DNA of 64,000 nucleotides from a virus (lineage: Duplodnaviria > Caudoviricetes). Shown one piece after another: positions 30,900-41,711 of the stretch. The stretch is taken from the IMG/VR virus record IMGVR_UViG_3300025389_000010, positions 96,001 to 160,000 of that record, one strand, 5' to 3'. The notes under the pieces are model-generated. The model did no database searches. It was not told the DNA's origin and saw only the letters and a list, made by a program, of their open reading frames with translations. Within the stretch, counting starts at the first letter, position 1, and each line of letters opens with the position of its first letter. The position numbers were made by a program, and so were the translations under genes.

Positions 30900-33227
30900 T
30901 TATGCGTATGATGTCGCTCTTCTTTTTTCTAAAAGATACAATGTATTTTCTCTATGTGCTGTAACAGGATTATACCCATATGGTGATTTATTACCACCGG
31001 CTAAAGCGGTACCTCCGCCACCACTGACATTTACATTATTGACAGTTGCGCCAATATTATCGATTATGTTCTTACTTAAATCTTTTATTGAAAAATGAAC
31101 ATCTCGTAAAACATTTATCATCATTTTTTGATTTTTATCAAATACACCATCGGGTTTTATACCATAAAGTTCATCAGTTGGTGCTGACGTATATGTAGTT
31201 TTATTTTTATTATCAATTATTTTAAAATCATTAACGGGTGTAACAGAATTTTCCGTTTGTGTTTTATTGACAGGATTATCTTTATTTGGCTGGTCATCAA
31301 TATGTGGATGTATAGATGGATCTCTATATATTTTTAATTGTTCAGTTGCTGCATTTAGTGCATCCAAGAAATCTTTTTCTTCATCAATTTTTTTTGATCT
31401 TTCTTTCATAAATGAAGTATAAGCCTTATTATAATCTCTACTTGCCGAAAAACTTGATGGTTTACCCCATTTATTTAATTTATGAAGATCAAAACCATAT
31501 TGTCTCAACATATTTTCATCAAACCCTTTAGTTTCCCATGATTTGGCTTCATCATATTGTTGTTTTAAAAGTTTAACTTTATTTTCCAAATCCATATCAG
31601 TTTTTTTATCAAAAACTTCTTTAATTGGTATATTATTACTATTAATAGTTTTTATGGTTCTCTGTGCATCATTCATTCCCCTATCCGGTGACAAAATTTC
31701 ATTACCGCCCATATCAACACCCATTGCTTCGGCTATATCCTTCTGAAAACTTTCAGGAAACCAACTTATAACAGTTTTACATATTCTTTTTCTTAATTTT
31801 TCCATTATTGATAATTTGGAAATTTGATTACTGTTATTTACATTTTCATCACTATCTAAAAATCCTAAAAATATAGAAGGAAATAAACCAAATATTGGCA
31901 ATTTTGTCATTTGCTCTAGTCCTCTTTTTATTTCGTTATCATCCCCATTATATAAACCAAAAGCAAAAGTTTTTAAACCAACAAAACTTTCTATTAGTCC
32001 GCCAATAATTGGAATTTTATATAATCTTTTTGCTAAACCTGTAAGAATATCAAGTTTTTTAACGGTTCTTTCTTCCGGTGTTCCCCCACCAGCTTGATAA
32101 TCAAGTATTCCGTTTAATACAGACACGCCAATCGATAATGGTCCGGTTATAATTGCAGCACCGGGAATAAGTTCCATAAAATTAAGAAGACCTGCAACCA
32201 AATTTAAAGTTCCAGATACAGGATCATTGTTTTCAAAATCATTAATCGCAAAACCTAAACTTATAATACCACCAATAACAGGTATACTTTTCATTGCAGC
32301 TGCGCCTACACCTTTAAATAGACTACCTGCTATTTTTGGTAATATTTTACCAAATAGTGTTTTTCCTACAATTTTTTCTTCACCGGCTACTGTAAATGTT
32401 TTAAATAATCCTTCACTAAAAATTCCTTTAAGTGCTACTTCTAAAAAATCACCAATTGATGTTAAAACTTTTCCTGATAATTCACCAATTAACCCAACAC
32501 CGGATAATTTTAATCCACCAAGTGTGAAAAATTTACCAATGTTTTCAACTATACCGTTAAATTTATCAAGAAAATCCAATTTAACACCTAACGTTTGTTC
32601 CAACCAAGGTTTTATTTTATCTTTCCAAAATAAACCAATTAATAAAGATGCTGCTCCACCAACTAAAAGAAGTTTACCCAAAGTATCAAATATACCACCT
32701 TTATTACTCGTGTTTTCAGATATGGCATCAAGAGTATCTGAAGAATGTTTAAGATATTTATCAAGTCTTTTGTTTGCTTCTTCTTGTCTATTGGTCGTTT
32801 GCAGAATAATATCTTTTAAAAACACCGCTGATTTTGGAGAAAAATCTATAAAAGTTGTTTTTGGACCAAAGTTTTTTTGTTCTGCAATTTTATCATCAGT
32901 TGAAAGATTTTTAGTTTTCTCTGGTAAAATACTACTAATAATAGTTTTTGCTATATCTACCGGTTTGTCTTTACCGCTTTCTAATGATTTTTTAATTTGT
33001 CCAGTTGTACGATCTAAACCTTGGCTTATAGCTTCTGCATATTTTTTAAATTGATCGCCTTGGTTTTTATTATAATCTTTTGATTGAGAAATACTACGTT
33101 TAAAATAATCTTTAAGGTTATTATCTAATTCCTTAAAATAACCCTTAAAATTATCATAAAATGATTTTGTCTCAGCATGTTGAGAATTTAATGTCTCTAA
33201 TGCTGCTTCAAAAGTTTGATCTGTCAT
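30900..33227 (-). CDS. tape measure / gp29-like hub protein
   Basis: 775 aa helical protein with G/A/I-rich KSIPVIGGII repeats and hydrophobic segments. Confidence 0.7.
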   Translation of the reverse strand: MTDQTFEAALETLNSQHAETKSFYDNFKGYFKELDNNLKDYFKRSISQSKDYNKNQGDQFKKYAEAISQGLDRTTGQIKKSLESGKDKPVDIAKTIISSILPEKTKNLSTDDKIAEQKNFGPKTTFIDFSPKSAVFLKDIILQTTNRQEEANKRLDKYLKHSSDTLDAISENTSNKGGIFDTLGKLLLVGGAASLLIGLFWKDKIKPWLEQTLGVKLDFLDKFNGIVENIGKFFTLGGLKLSGVGLIGELSGKVLTSIGDFLEVALKGIFSEGLFKTFTVAGEEKIVGKTLFGKILPKIAGSLFKGVGAAAMKSIPVIGGIISLGFAINDFENNDPVSGTLNLVAGLLNFMELIPGAAIITGPLSIGVSVLNGILDYQAGGGTPEERTVKKLDILTGLAKRLYKIPIIGGLIESFVGLKTFAFGLYNGDDNEIKRGLEQMTKLPIFGLFPSIFLGFLDSDENVNNSNQISKLSIMEKLRKRICKTVISWFPESFQKDIAEAMGVDMGGNEILSPDRGMNDAQRTIKTINSNNIPIKEVFDKKTDMDLENKVKLLKQQYDEAKSWETKGFDENMLRQYGFDLHKLNKWGKPSSFSASRDYNKAYTSFMKERSKKIDEEKDFLDALNAATEQLKIYRDPSIHPHIDDQPNKDNPVNKTQTENSVTPVNDFKIIDNKNKTTYTSAPTDELYGIKPDGVFDKNQKMMINVLRDVHFSIKDLSKNIIDNIGATVNNVNVSGGGGTALAGGNKSPYGYNPVTAHRENTLYLLEKRRATSYA

Positions 33228-33259
33228 ATATGATACTTATTGTACCATATTAGTTTTAA

Positions 33260-34069
33260 TCAACTTAAAAACAATATACTATCAACATTTACATTCTTAC
33301 TGTAATCACCAAACGTAACCTTTGTAATAGAATCTAAATCGTTTTTCCATTTAGATATTACTTCTAATACATTCTGAATCAAAGTGCTTGGTAACTTCTC
33401 CACAAGCTGTATTTTTTGATCAAAATTAAGATTTCCAAAATTAACATCATTATCATTGATAATGATTGATGAAATATACTTTGAAGTTTCTCCTATAAAA
33501 GCATTTGAAATAATTGTTTTGATATCTTCATTAGACTTGATATCTTCTGTTTTCTTTATGCTTTTAAGCTGCTCATCATACTCAATTTCATTTTTTACAG
33601 TAGGAAGTCTTAATATTACGTTTATCGAATAAGAATCATTTGATAAATTTACAATCTCTTCATTTGGTGTCTGATAAGATAAAAACTTTTGAACAATATC
33701 ATTAATGTTGATTTTGTTTGATATTTTCTTTTCATCATCAAAAATCACATTAATCTCACTAGAGATTTGTTGTCTTAATGAGAAGGCTACAGATGCCTTA
33801 TCCGCAAGCGTAAGGTCATCTATAATAGATGGATCTTCATTTACGATATTATTCTTTAATATTGAATAAAAAACCTTTATAAAGCTTGTATTGTAAACAG
33901 AGCTATCCATAGCTGCACTTAAAAGTTCTTTCTGTTGTTTGGCATCGATTGCCTTAAATGTAACTTCTGATGATCTTGATGGAACCCAAGCATTAACTTT
34001 AAAAGTATCAGTTGCAGTATTGAGCAAATCCAATGCATTATTGAAATCTAAAACGTTATTTTCTTCCAT
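33260..34069 (-). CDS. baseplate hub assembly protein (gp26-like)
   Basis: VTFKAIDAKQQKELL, LTLAD...LR, LRLPT, LVEKLP. Confidence 0.6.
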   Translation of the reverse strand: MEENNVLDFNNALDLLNTATDTFKVNAWVPSRSSEVTFKAIDAKQQKELLSAAMDSSVYNTSFIKVFYSILKNNIVNEDPSIIDDLTLADKASVAFSLRQQISSEINVIFDDEKKISNKININDIVQKFLSYQTPNEEIVNLSNDSYSINVILRLPTVKNEIEYDEQLKSIKKTEDIKSNEDIKTIISNAFIGETSKYISSIIINDNDVNFGNLNFDQKIQLVEKLPSTLIQNVLEVISKWKNDLDSITKVTFGDYSKNVNVDSILFLS

Positions 34070-34075
34070 ATTCTA

Positions 34076-35068
34076 TTATTTAGGCAAATCATCATTAAAT
34101 TCAAATGCTAAATCTTTAACAGCTTGACTTGGTTCATTTGGATCAAAGTCATCTTGAATGTTATCAAAAGCACCAGAAGATGATTTATCCTCTCTTTTTT
34201 TCTGTTCTTCGAGAATTGATAAATACATTTTTCTTTCATTTGGTGACAATGACATTATATAATCACTGGATATGTTTGAAGATGAAAGTATAAAAACTTC
34301 ATAAAACAGTGATTTTATATCGTTTGAAAACAATATTTTTACATGTTCCAAAAAGCTTAAATTATAAAAATTAAACTTTTGTTCTTTGAAAAAACCAACA
34401 TCAAACAACTCCTCTGTCAGTAGTTTACCTAATGATTCTATTATTTTATTTTGTATCTTTGATTTTATTTGAAACGGTAATGTATTTAAAAGTTTATTTT
34501 TTTGTTTTGAATCAAATAATGAAAAATTAATAATCTTATCACTTATTTTTATCCAATCTATATACTCCTGTAAAGTTTCATCTAATAATTCATATTCAGA
34601 TTTTTGTTTTAAAAAAAGCTCATTGAAAAGATCTATTGATTTTAAAGAAGGCCAATTTAATTTTACTTCTATATTTTCATTTTTAATAATATTTTCATCA
34701 TTTTCAAAAAAATTTGAAGCTTCATAAAGTTTTAATAGATAAGAATTTAAATTAATTTTTATTTTTGTTTTTACTTTAGAATCATTTTCCATTACGAACT
34801 CCATCGTGTTACCAACACTTATTATTCGTAATTTTGTCAAAAACAAAACATATTCAACAATATTGATTTTTTTAAAATCTTCAAAATTATCAATACAATT
34901 TGTTAATAAACTTAACAAAAAATTGTTGTAATCAATATAAGATTCTTTTGTATTTGGGAAACTTAAATTGGCTTTTGCCAAATATATTTGTTCCTTCGTA
35001 TTGATTTCCCTATATTTTATTTTTATTTTAGTATAAGGTAAATCTAATGTATAATTAAAAAAACTCAC
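34076..35068 (-). CDS. baseplate hub assembly protein (gp26/gp51-like)
   Basis: IKYREINTKEQ, EYVLFLTKLR..SVG, LNWPS; C-terminal MSLSPNERKMYL is gp51-like. Confidence 0.65.
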   Translation of the reverse strand: MSFFNYTLDLPYTKIKIKYREINTKEQIYLAKANLSFPNTKESYIDYNNFLLSLLTNCIDNFEDFKKINIVEYVLFLTKLRIISVGNTMEFVMENDSKVKTKIKINLNSYLLKLYEASNFFENDENIIKNENIEVKLNWPSLKSIDLFNELFLKQKSEYELLDETLQEYIDWIKISDKIINFSLFDSKQKNKLLNTLPFQIKSKIQNKIIESLGKLLTEELFDVGFFKEQKFNFYNLSFLEHVKILFSNDIKSLFYEVFILSSSNISSDYIMSLSPNERKMYLSILEEQKKREDKSSSGAFDNIQDDFDPNEPSQAVKDLAFEFNDDLPK

Positions 35069-35076
35069 TTAATATC

Positions 35077-35796
35077 TTATGGTAATGCTATAAGATTTCC
35101 ACTATTACCATCAGAAACCGCATAGCTATCATAAACAAATTTAACATTACTATATCTTAAACTTTCTTCAGCATAAGAATATGTTTCACTAGGTATATTA
35201 ATAGGTGCTGCATTATAAAAACGATAAATTTTTCTCACTTGCATTGGTATATTGGCACCCGCTTTTGAAAACATGACAACATCAATATATCTACATTTTA
35301 CATATTTTCTAGTATTTGGTTTTCTTGCAATTAAACCATAATAACCAACTGATAATACCCAAGGTCTTATGATAAAATCAAGAAATGATGCATTTGTTTC
35401 AAGCATTGTAATGCCTAGAGGTTCATATTTAGCTCTATTTGATGATGTTGCTGGTGGCAAATAACCGCCATAAGAAAGACCTTCATTACCTGCTATTATG
35501 TTTTCTGCCGGTAAATCGACCTGTCGTGCAAACACACAACCCATCATATTATCAGTTGATGTTTGGAGTTTACCATCTAATAAATAAGATGTAACATTTG
35601 AATTATATCCCCATTCAGATTCAGGTTCTTTGCTATTCAAATTACTTTGAATATTACCCATTAAAGCATCATTACCAATAATAGGCGTAAAATCAAAATA
35701 TACCAACCATTGACTTACAAGAGCAATGTTTGTAGGCCATTGGCCTAGTAAGTCTAAATAATAAGAATAAGGGCTTTTATCGCTAAATGCTGACAC
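35077..35796 (-). CDS. tail tube-like protein (gp19/gp54 paralog)
   Basis: ARQVDLP, YEPLGITMLET, IYRFYNAAPINI; adjacent to gp19. GTG start. Confidence 0.65.
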   Translation of the reverse strand: MSAFSDKSPYSYYLDLLGQWPTNIALVSQWLVYFDFTPIIGNDALMGNIQSNLNSKEPESEWGYNSNVTSYLLDGKLQTSTDNMMGCVFARQVDLPAENIIAGNEGLSYGGYLPPATSSNRAKYEPLGITMLETNASFLDFIIRPWVLSVGYYGLIARKPNTRKYVKCRYIDVVMFSKAGANIPMQVRKIYRFYNAAPINIPSETYSYAEESLRYSNVKFVYDSYAVSDGNSGNLIALP

Positions 35797-35821
35797 AAGA
35801 ATACTTATTCTTCTTGTTCAA

Positions 35822-36364
35822 TTATCTCGCTAATCTCCAGTATTGATATGCAAGAGTTGCAGTTTGTTCAAGAACTTCACCAGCACTTGTAAGATTGACG
35901 GTTAAATCACCTACGTTTTGGCAGTATGCACCAAAAAGTGTATATGTTCTGATTGGTGTACCGTTCTTGTCAAGAAGTGATAAAACAACTTGATTTGATG
36001 CATCTTTACTTGGGATATTATAAGCACCAGTACTGTTTGAATCATTGAAAACAGTATTTGTCCAATCTTCAAACTTTCTACGAACAGAAAGGTTTGATGG
36101 AACACGGAATGTAATCTGCCAACCGCCACTATTGGGATAGTTAGCTGTACCGGGAACGTTGAACGTAAGACCCATAAATGGAACTGTTACGTTTGTAATT
36201 GCTCTTCCGGGCAATGTTGTTGATGTTACATAGAGTAATTCTTGTGTTGTGAATTTAACACCTCCGAGACTGATAACTCTGAAAAGATTTTGACGGGCAA
36301 AATCGTTTGTGATAGCAGCATCGTAGAAGTTTTCTATACCTTGTGTGTCGAATAGTCCAGCCAT
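35822..36364 (-). CDS. gp19: tail tube protein
   Basis: ARQNLFRV, TLPG..I..V.VPFMG, W.ITF, FEDW, YTLFGAY...VG, LAYQYW. Confidence 0.9.
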   Translation of the reverse strand: MAGLFDTQGIENFYDAAITNDFARQNLFRVISLGGVKFTTQELLYVTSTTLPGRAITNVTVPFMGLTFNVPGTANYPNSGGWQITFRVPSNLSVRRKFEDWTNTVFNDSNSTGAYNIPSKDASNQVVLSLLDKNGTPIRTYTLFGAYCQNVGDLTVNLTSAGEVLEQTATLAYQYWRLAR

Positions 36365-36392
36365 AATGTTATATTAATATTTATCTTTAAGA

Positions 36393-38618
36393 TTAACCAA
36401 CTAATTCAGAAAAATTAATTCCTGTTCTTGTTGCAATGAAGTCAGCCAAGATGAATTCAGCGGCTCTTACTGGTTGAATGTAAATCGAAATTCTGAGTTC
36501 ATTATTATCGATTACATCTGGTGTATTGTTTGATTCATCACAAACTAAAAGATAATCATAAAGACCATCATTTAATTTTGCTTGATCGAACATTGGAACC
36601 AATGCACCCTTGAGTCTGTTTCTTGTAGCAAACGTATTGGGTTCAAACACGAAATACTTGAGAAGTGCTTGTGTTTCTTTTTCGAGTGTAAGGAAGAGTC
36701 TACGAACATTAATTCTATCAAATGCAGAAGGCTGCTTGAGAAGAGTCTTTTGACCGTAAATTACAAATCCATCGCTTGAGAAGAATGCAATTGGATTAAT
36801 GTTTATCTTATACAACAGATCTCTTTGCTTTTGATTTGGATTAAGAGCAATGTCTGTTACGTTAGTAAGTTTACCTCTGTTAAAACCAGCTGGTGCAATC
36901 CAAGGGAAAGCCTGTTGTGATGTTTGTGCAATTACAGCAGCAGCATACCCTGAAGATGGAATCCAAACCTGCTTATCTGAATATTTGTCGTATGTTTTAA
37001 TCCAATTAGCATATGTTGTCACATAACTTGTGTTAACTTCACTATAAAGATTCTTTAAAGGCCACCATAATTGATCGGTAAATACAAAACCTTTATTTGA
37101 AGCGGTTTTTGCACTTTCACCTTGCACAAAAATATGTCTTAATGGATCAGATATAAAGAGATGATCTTTTTTGGTTTCTGATGCAAAAGTGGTAAATGAA
37201 TTTGTAATATCATACCAATAACTATATGTATTACCGGTAGGAGGTTGATCGGGTGTTGTTCCAAGTAAACCATCCAAGCTTACATTAAAATATTCATCAT
37301 AAATATAAGGTAGTGTTGTATCCTGACCAACAAGCTGACGATAATATGCAGCTGCATTTATTGTTGAAAGACCTGCATCAACAATAACGTCTACATTTAA
37401 ACTTTCATTTGCATTATCAAGTTTTGCTAATACAACATCCAACTTATCTTTAATTTGACCACAATCTTTTACAACCAAATCAGTATAAGAAGTATAAACA
37501 CCATTTGCATATGCTTGTTTGTAGTTAGGATCTATTCTTACTGTTTTAGTAACAGTACCATCATTAGCTAACCATCCACCAGATGTTGATATATTAGGAT
37601 TTGTTAAAACTAATAAGTTTTTTGAATTTTCATTTACGGTTGTATCTAAGAAGAAAGATTTTGCAGTGCCGCCTTGAGCGTTATTTTGTGTTCTCTTATA
37701 AAAGAGTGATCCAACGTGACCTTCAATTAAATTATAATTTAAAGTAATTGTATTTTGGCTATACTGTGATGCTTTTAAACTAAAGAGAACAACAACTAAG
37801 CTATCATTAAATGCTGAAGATGAAAAATCATAGCCAAGTGGATATTGTTCAATCGCCTTTGAAATACTAACACCTGCTGGATTATTGGCAGTTTGTGTTA
37901 ACTTAAAATTAAGACGAGATTCTGGTATTGTTAAAGGTGTTTGTGTAATATAATCATCATTTATACCAGTAACTGTATTAATAGCACTAACCACATCATA
38001 TGTGGTTGATGGATTGTAATTACTATTATCGGCTATTGCAATATAATAACCTTCAAAAAAACTGTTAATTGTAGATTTTGATTTATTAACAACTACAAGA
38101 CCTGCATTACCAATTGAGTTAAAATCAGTTACTGGTTGACCCGGAGTATCGTTCCACTGTACATCATTTTGTAAAAGTTGGAAATATTCATCATCACTAA
38201 GAACGAGTGAAACCGGTTCACCAAGCTCGTATGTGTTACCGTTCTGTGTTGAACCAACAGTTTCACCGTATCCTAAACCATCACCTGTGGCGATTGGATA
38301 TGCAAGAACACTATATGAATTAACAGGAGAATCACCAGTATTTGCACCATATGGCAATCTTACAATTTTAAGATTTGCCGGTGAAGATTTAAGAATTTGA
38401 CTTGCTGTATAATAAAGATATCTTTCAGCTGCATTTGTTGGTGTTCCGAAAACATTTTCATATTCACTAACACTTGAAATATCAACAAATTCATTTGTTG
38501 GACCTTGATCCGCAAATCCAATGGCGAGAACATCAGTTGCTCCGATAGGTCTAGCTATCAGGCTTTGATCGACTTCATTAATTTGAACTCCGGGTGATGC
38601 GATTGTTAAAGTAGACAT
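36393..38618 (-). CDS. gp18: tail sheath protein
   Basis: SPGVQINEVD, GPTNE, PWIAPAGFNRG, LY..NINPI, YGQKTL, SAFDRINVRRLF, FEPN. Confidence 0.96.
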   Translation of the reverse strand: MSTLTIASPGVQINEVDQSLIARPIGATDVLAIGFADQGPTNEFVDISSVSEYENVFGTPTNAAERYLYYTASQILKSSPANLKIVRLPYGANTGDSPVNSYSVLAYPIATGDGLGYGETVGSTQNGNTYELGEPVSLVLSDDEYFQLLQNDVQWNDTPGQPVTDFNSIGNAGLVVVNKSKSTINSFFEGYYIAIADNSNYNPSTTYDVVSAINTVTGINDDYITQTPLTIPESRLNFKLTQTANNPAGVSISKAIEQYPLGYDFSSSAFNDSLVVVLFSLKASQYSQNTITLNYNLIEGHVGSLFYKRTQNNAQGGTAKSFFLDTTVNENSKNLLVLTNPNISTSGGWLANDGTVTKTVRIDPNYKQAYANGVYTSYTDLVVKDCGQIKDKLDVVLAKLDNANESLNVDVIVDAGLSTINAAAYYRQLVGQDTTLPYIYDEYFNVSLDGLLGTTPDQPPTGNTYSYWYDITNSFTTFASETKKDHLFISDPLRHIFVQGESAKTASNKGFVFTDQLWWPLKNLYSEVNTSYVTTYANWIKTYDKYSDKQVWIPSSGYAAAVIAQTSQQAFPWIAPAGFNRGKLTNVTDIALNPNQKQRDLLYKININPIAFFSSDGFVIYGQKTLLKQPSAFDRINVRRLFLTLEKETQALLKYFVFEPNTFATRNRLKGALVPMFDQAKLNDGLYDYLLVCDESNNTPDVIDNNELRISIYIQPVRAAEFILADFIATRTGINFSELVG

Positions 38619-38691
38619 ATAACTATATTTATCTTTACTTTTACCACTTTTATAAAAATTGTTTTAGGTATTTATGCAGATAAGTAATAAT

Positions 38692-38970
38692 ATGAGATTT
38701 GACGTATTAGTAGAAAGCCTTCTTAACGAAGCAAGTCGTTGTACTGGACCCACAAAAAAAGCACACTCCACAAGAAAAGGTAAAAAATGGATGAAATGTG
38801 TTAAAAATCCAAAAGGAAAAGGATATAAAAGAATTCATTGGGGACAAGCTGGTGTCCGTGTAACTGGTAAATCTGGAAATACAAAACGTAAGAAATCATT
38901 TAGAGCAAGACATAACTGTGCTCATGCCAAACCCGGCACACCACAATATCAAGCTTGCAAAGATTGGTAA
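38692..38970 (+). CDS. small basic late protein conserved in T4-like phages
   Basis: ATG follows TAAGTA; RKKSFRARHNC...YQACKDW. Confidence 0.7.
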   Translation: MRFDVLVESLLNEASRCTGPTKKAHSTRKGKKWMKCVKNPKGKGYKRIHWGQAGVRVTGKSGNTKRKKSFRARHNCAHAKPGTPQYQACKDW

Positions 38971-38989
38971 TAACTAATAATATAAAAAC

Positions 38990-39406
38990 ATGAGCAAATT
39001 TAACGAAATATATAAAGAAGCTATTGGTGATCCTAGTCTGAATTATACAACCGATGTAAATAATTTAAAAAAACCACAGGCAGAAGAAGCAAAAGAAGCA
39101 ATTCGTAAATTAACATATGACGCAAAAGATCCTGTTAGTATTTTCAGTGCAATGGCTGATAAAAATCATCCAATAAATTATGAGAATTTACCTTCTGAAC
39201 AGAAAAAAATAATAGATGATGCTTTTAAAACTGCTAAAATTGTTCCGCAACAAACAACGCCAACGCAACAGCCTGTACCAAAAACACAAGACAATCAACA
39301 AAAACAAGGTGTACAACAAAATACAGCAAGTAATCAACAACCATCTTCTTCTTATCAAAATCCCCAATTACAGGGTGGACAGTTACAAGGATTGGGTACT
39401 AAATAA
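38990..39406 (+). CDS. hypothetical protein with Q-rich tail
   Basis: 138 aa ORF. Confidence 0.6.
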   Translation: MSKFNEIYKEAIGDPSLNYTTDVNNLKKPQAEEAKEAIRKLTYDAKDPVSIFSAMADKNHPINYENLPSEQKKIIDDAFKTAKIVPQQTTPTQQPVPKTQDNQQKQGVQQNTASNQQPSSSYQNPQLQGGQLQGLGTK

Positions 39407-39412
39407 TATTTT

Positions 39413-40297
39413 ATGAGCAAAAAAATGCGCCCCAAAAAGGGTTCTGACAGAAAACAATCTGGCAGAATAAACCACGAAACGTCAACACCGTGCGAAGCTG
39501 GTAAACAAGAAGATAATTCTCCATATGTTTTTCAAAGAGATAAAATATCATTTGATTTAACAATTAAAGAACTTCCTTGGACAGAAAATCAAAAAAGAAT
39601 CATTGCACAATTCTTAGATAAAGAAACCAAAGTTCTTTTACTCAAAGGTCCAGCAGGTACATCAAAAACAACCCTTGCAATGTATTGTGGATTGACTCTT
39701 CTTAATAGAAAGAGAATTTCCGATATGGTTCTTGTAAGATCAGCAGTTGAATCATCTGATTCAAAACTTGGCTTTTTGCCGGGAACATTAGATGAAAAGA
39801 TCGCTGTTTATCTCACACCATTCCATGACAAGTTTGAAGAACTTCTTTGCAAGGCTCAATTGGACAGACTTCAAAAGGATAATCGGTTAACAATTTGTCC
39901 AATTAACTTCGCAAGAGGTCTTCATTTCTCTGCAAAGTTTGTTTGTGCTGATGAAGTTCAGAACTTCTCACGCAGAGAAATTCACACTCTCATGAGCCGT
40001 ATTGGTGAATTCTCAAAAGTTTTCCTTTGTGGTGATCCAGAACAGTCAGATCTTCCTTTGGGTAAATCTGGATTCAATAGAGTTTTTGAAATGTTTGATA
40101 ATGAAGAATCAAGAGCACAAGGTATTTTCTGTATGGAATTAGGTGAGGATGACATCGTTCGTTCCGAGCTTTGTAAGTTTATCACTCATAAATTTAAAGA
40201 ATTACAGCTTGCTGTTCAGCAAGAAGAAGCCAATAAAGCTCAACATCATAAGGAAAACAATCACAAGGAAACTTGGAAACCATCTGAAAATAAGTAA
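39413..40297 (+). CDS. phoH: PhoH-family protein
   Basis: GPAGTSKT, LGFLPG, RG..F, DEVQN, SRIGE.SK..LCGD..QSD. Confidence 0.93.
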   Translation: MSKKMRPKKGSDRKQSGRINHETSTPCEAGKQEDNSPYVFQRDKISFDLTIKELPWTENQKRIIAQFLDKETKVLLLKGPAGTSKTTLAMYCGLTLLNRKRISDMVLVRSAVESSDSKLGFLPGTLDEKIAVYLTPFHDKFEELLCKAQLDRLQKDNRLTICPINFARGLHFSAKFVCADEVQNFSRREIHTLMSRIGEFSKVFLCGDPEQSDLPLGKSGFNRVFEMFDNEESRAQGIFCMELGEDDIVRSELCKFITHKFKELQLAVQQEEANKAQHHKENNHKETWKPSENK

Positions 40298-40306
40298 GTA
40301 TATATT

Positions 40307-40489
40307 ATGAATAATAATCCACAATATCAAAATGTAAGCAACGTACAAATAGGATGCACATTCTGTGGTGCGAACGTACAAGGTAAAATAAACCAAGTTC
40401 AAAACCCAAAAACAAAAGAAATTGTAAAAGAATGTCGTTGGGTTTGTTCACGTTGTAACAATTTAGTTAAGATTGGAAATGTAAAGTAA
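40307..40489 (+). CDS. small zinc-ribbon protein
   Basis: CTFC...CSRC pairs; preceded by TAAGTA. Confidence 0.6.
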   Translation: MNNNPQYQNVSNVQIGCTFCGANVQGKINQVQNPKTKEIVKECRWVCSRCNNLVKIGNVK

Positions 40490-40984
40490 ATGGACTTTAA
40501 TAAGATAATTGAAGAAATCTACGATGGTGGTGGAGGCAATTATCCCGCATATAGCCAAGCACCAAGAAAGGACTTTGCACCTGTAACTCAATCAGGAAAT
40601 TATGCTTTCCCTTATCAGCAAGGCGGAAGCATCGGTGATGTAACAGAACCACCACCAGATGCTCCGATATCCTTTCCTTGGCCCATGCAAACAGTAACAA
40701 CTGATCTTGCTGATGGATTTGTTTTTATTTTGACTGCTGCAAATAAAATGTCAACAGCATTAGCAGGAAATCCAACTTTAAAGAAAGAACAAAAAGAAAA
40801 ATTAATAGAAATTTTTAAACACACAAAACAGACTTTGGATATGTTAAAAGATATCGGAACAGAGTTGGGAAAACTTAATTTAGCTGGTCCACAGCCCTCT
40901 CAAAATCCAGTACCAAGACCGGGAACCGACAAACCACAATCCGTCCCAAATTTACAGACGGGTGTGATGATAAAATTACCTTGA
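40490..40984 (+). CDS. hypothetical protein
   Basis: 164 aa ORF. Confidence 0.6.
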   Translation: MDFNKIIEEIYDGGGGNYPAYSQAPRKDFAPVTQSGNYAFPYQQGGSIGDVTEPPPDAPISFPWPMQTVTTDLADGFVFILTAANKMSTALAGNPTLKKEQKEKLIEIFKHTKQTLDMLKDIGTELGKLNLAGPQPSQNPVPRPGTDKPQSVPNLQTGVMIKLP

Positions 40985-41020
40985 CAATAATTGTATTATA
41001 ATCTACTATTTCCAGTAGTT

Positions 41021-41440
41021 ATGGATAACATAAAAGAAATAATCAAATCAACGTTTATAGTTACATTGATATCAGCACTAGGTGCTTTGGCTGCTTACAT
41101 TTTTAATGTAAATTTTATAGCAACATTTTTAACATTATTTGTTGTTCAGTATATTCTTTTTTCATTTATTGGTGATATGATAAAAGGATTTTACGCTGAA
41201 AAAACCAAGCAGCTTGAATTGGAAAAGTTAGAACCTTTAAGTACCATTTTGGAATGTGCCTATTGTAATACCAAAAACATGATGGTGTTTATTCCAGATG
41301 AAAACGAAAGAATAGAATTTGATTGTTCATCATGCAAAAAGAAAAATTTAGTGAATATTCATTTTGTGGTTGCAAGAGTCACAGAACCTGTTACAGTACC
41401 TAGCACCAATGGAATACCACTACTCGAAGACAATGAATAA
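41021..41440 (+). CDS. two-TM membrane protein with C-terminal zinc ribbon
   Basis: Two hydrophobic segments then CAYC...CSSC; TTGACA-N17-TACTAT at 40981-41009. Confidence 0.65.
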   Translation: MDNIKEIIKSTFIVTLISALGALAAYIFNVNFIATFLTLFVVQYILFSFIGDMIKGFYAEKTKQLELEKLEPLSTILECAYCNTKNMMVFIPDENERIEFDCSSCKKKNLVNIHFVVARVTEPVTVPSTNGIPLLEDNE

Positions 41441-41711
41441 GAACAAAAACTGGAAACTACTCCACGAAGAGACACTACAATGGGCTAGATGGATAGCCTT
41501 ATATGAAGCTGTACAATTCTGTGCAGAAAAAGCAGAAGATAAAGGTATACCTTTTGAAAAGGTTGATTTAAAACCTCTAAAGCTTTTAGAGTATATGGAC
41601 TCTGTTCAAGATATAATCATCAGGAAACTTCTTAAGCAAGAACACAATATTGAAGTTTGTTATTCAGAACCATTACCAAAAAACGAATACGCAATGACTA
41701 TTGATGATTAA
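41433..41711 (+). CDS. hypothetical protein
   Basis: Start MNKNKNW at 41433, coupled to the upstream stop. Confidence 0.6.
   Translation: MNKNKNWKLLHEETLQWARWIALYEAVQFCAEKAEDKGIPFEKVDLKPLKLLEYMDSVQDIIIRKLLKQEHNIEVCYSEPLPKNEYAMTIDD

Noticed and set aside
32227-33054. 275 aa plus-strand ORF antisense to the tape measure (likewise 14147-14638, 27903-28304 and other shadow ORFs)
   Set aside because: Antisense or alternate-frame shadows of well-supported genes, with no motifs or expression signals.
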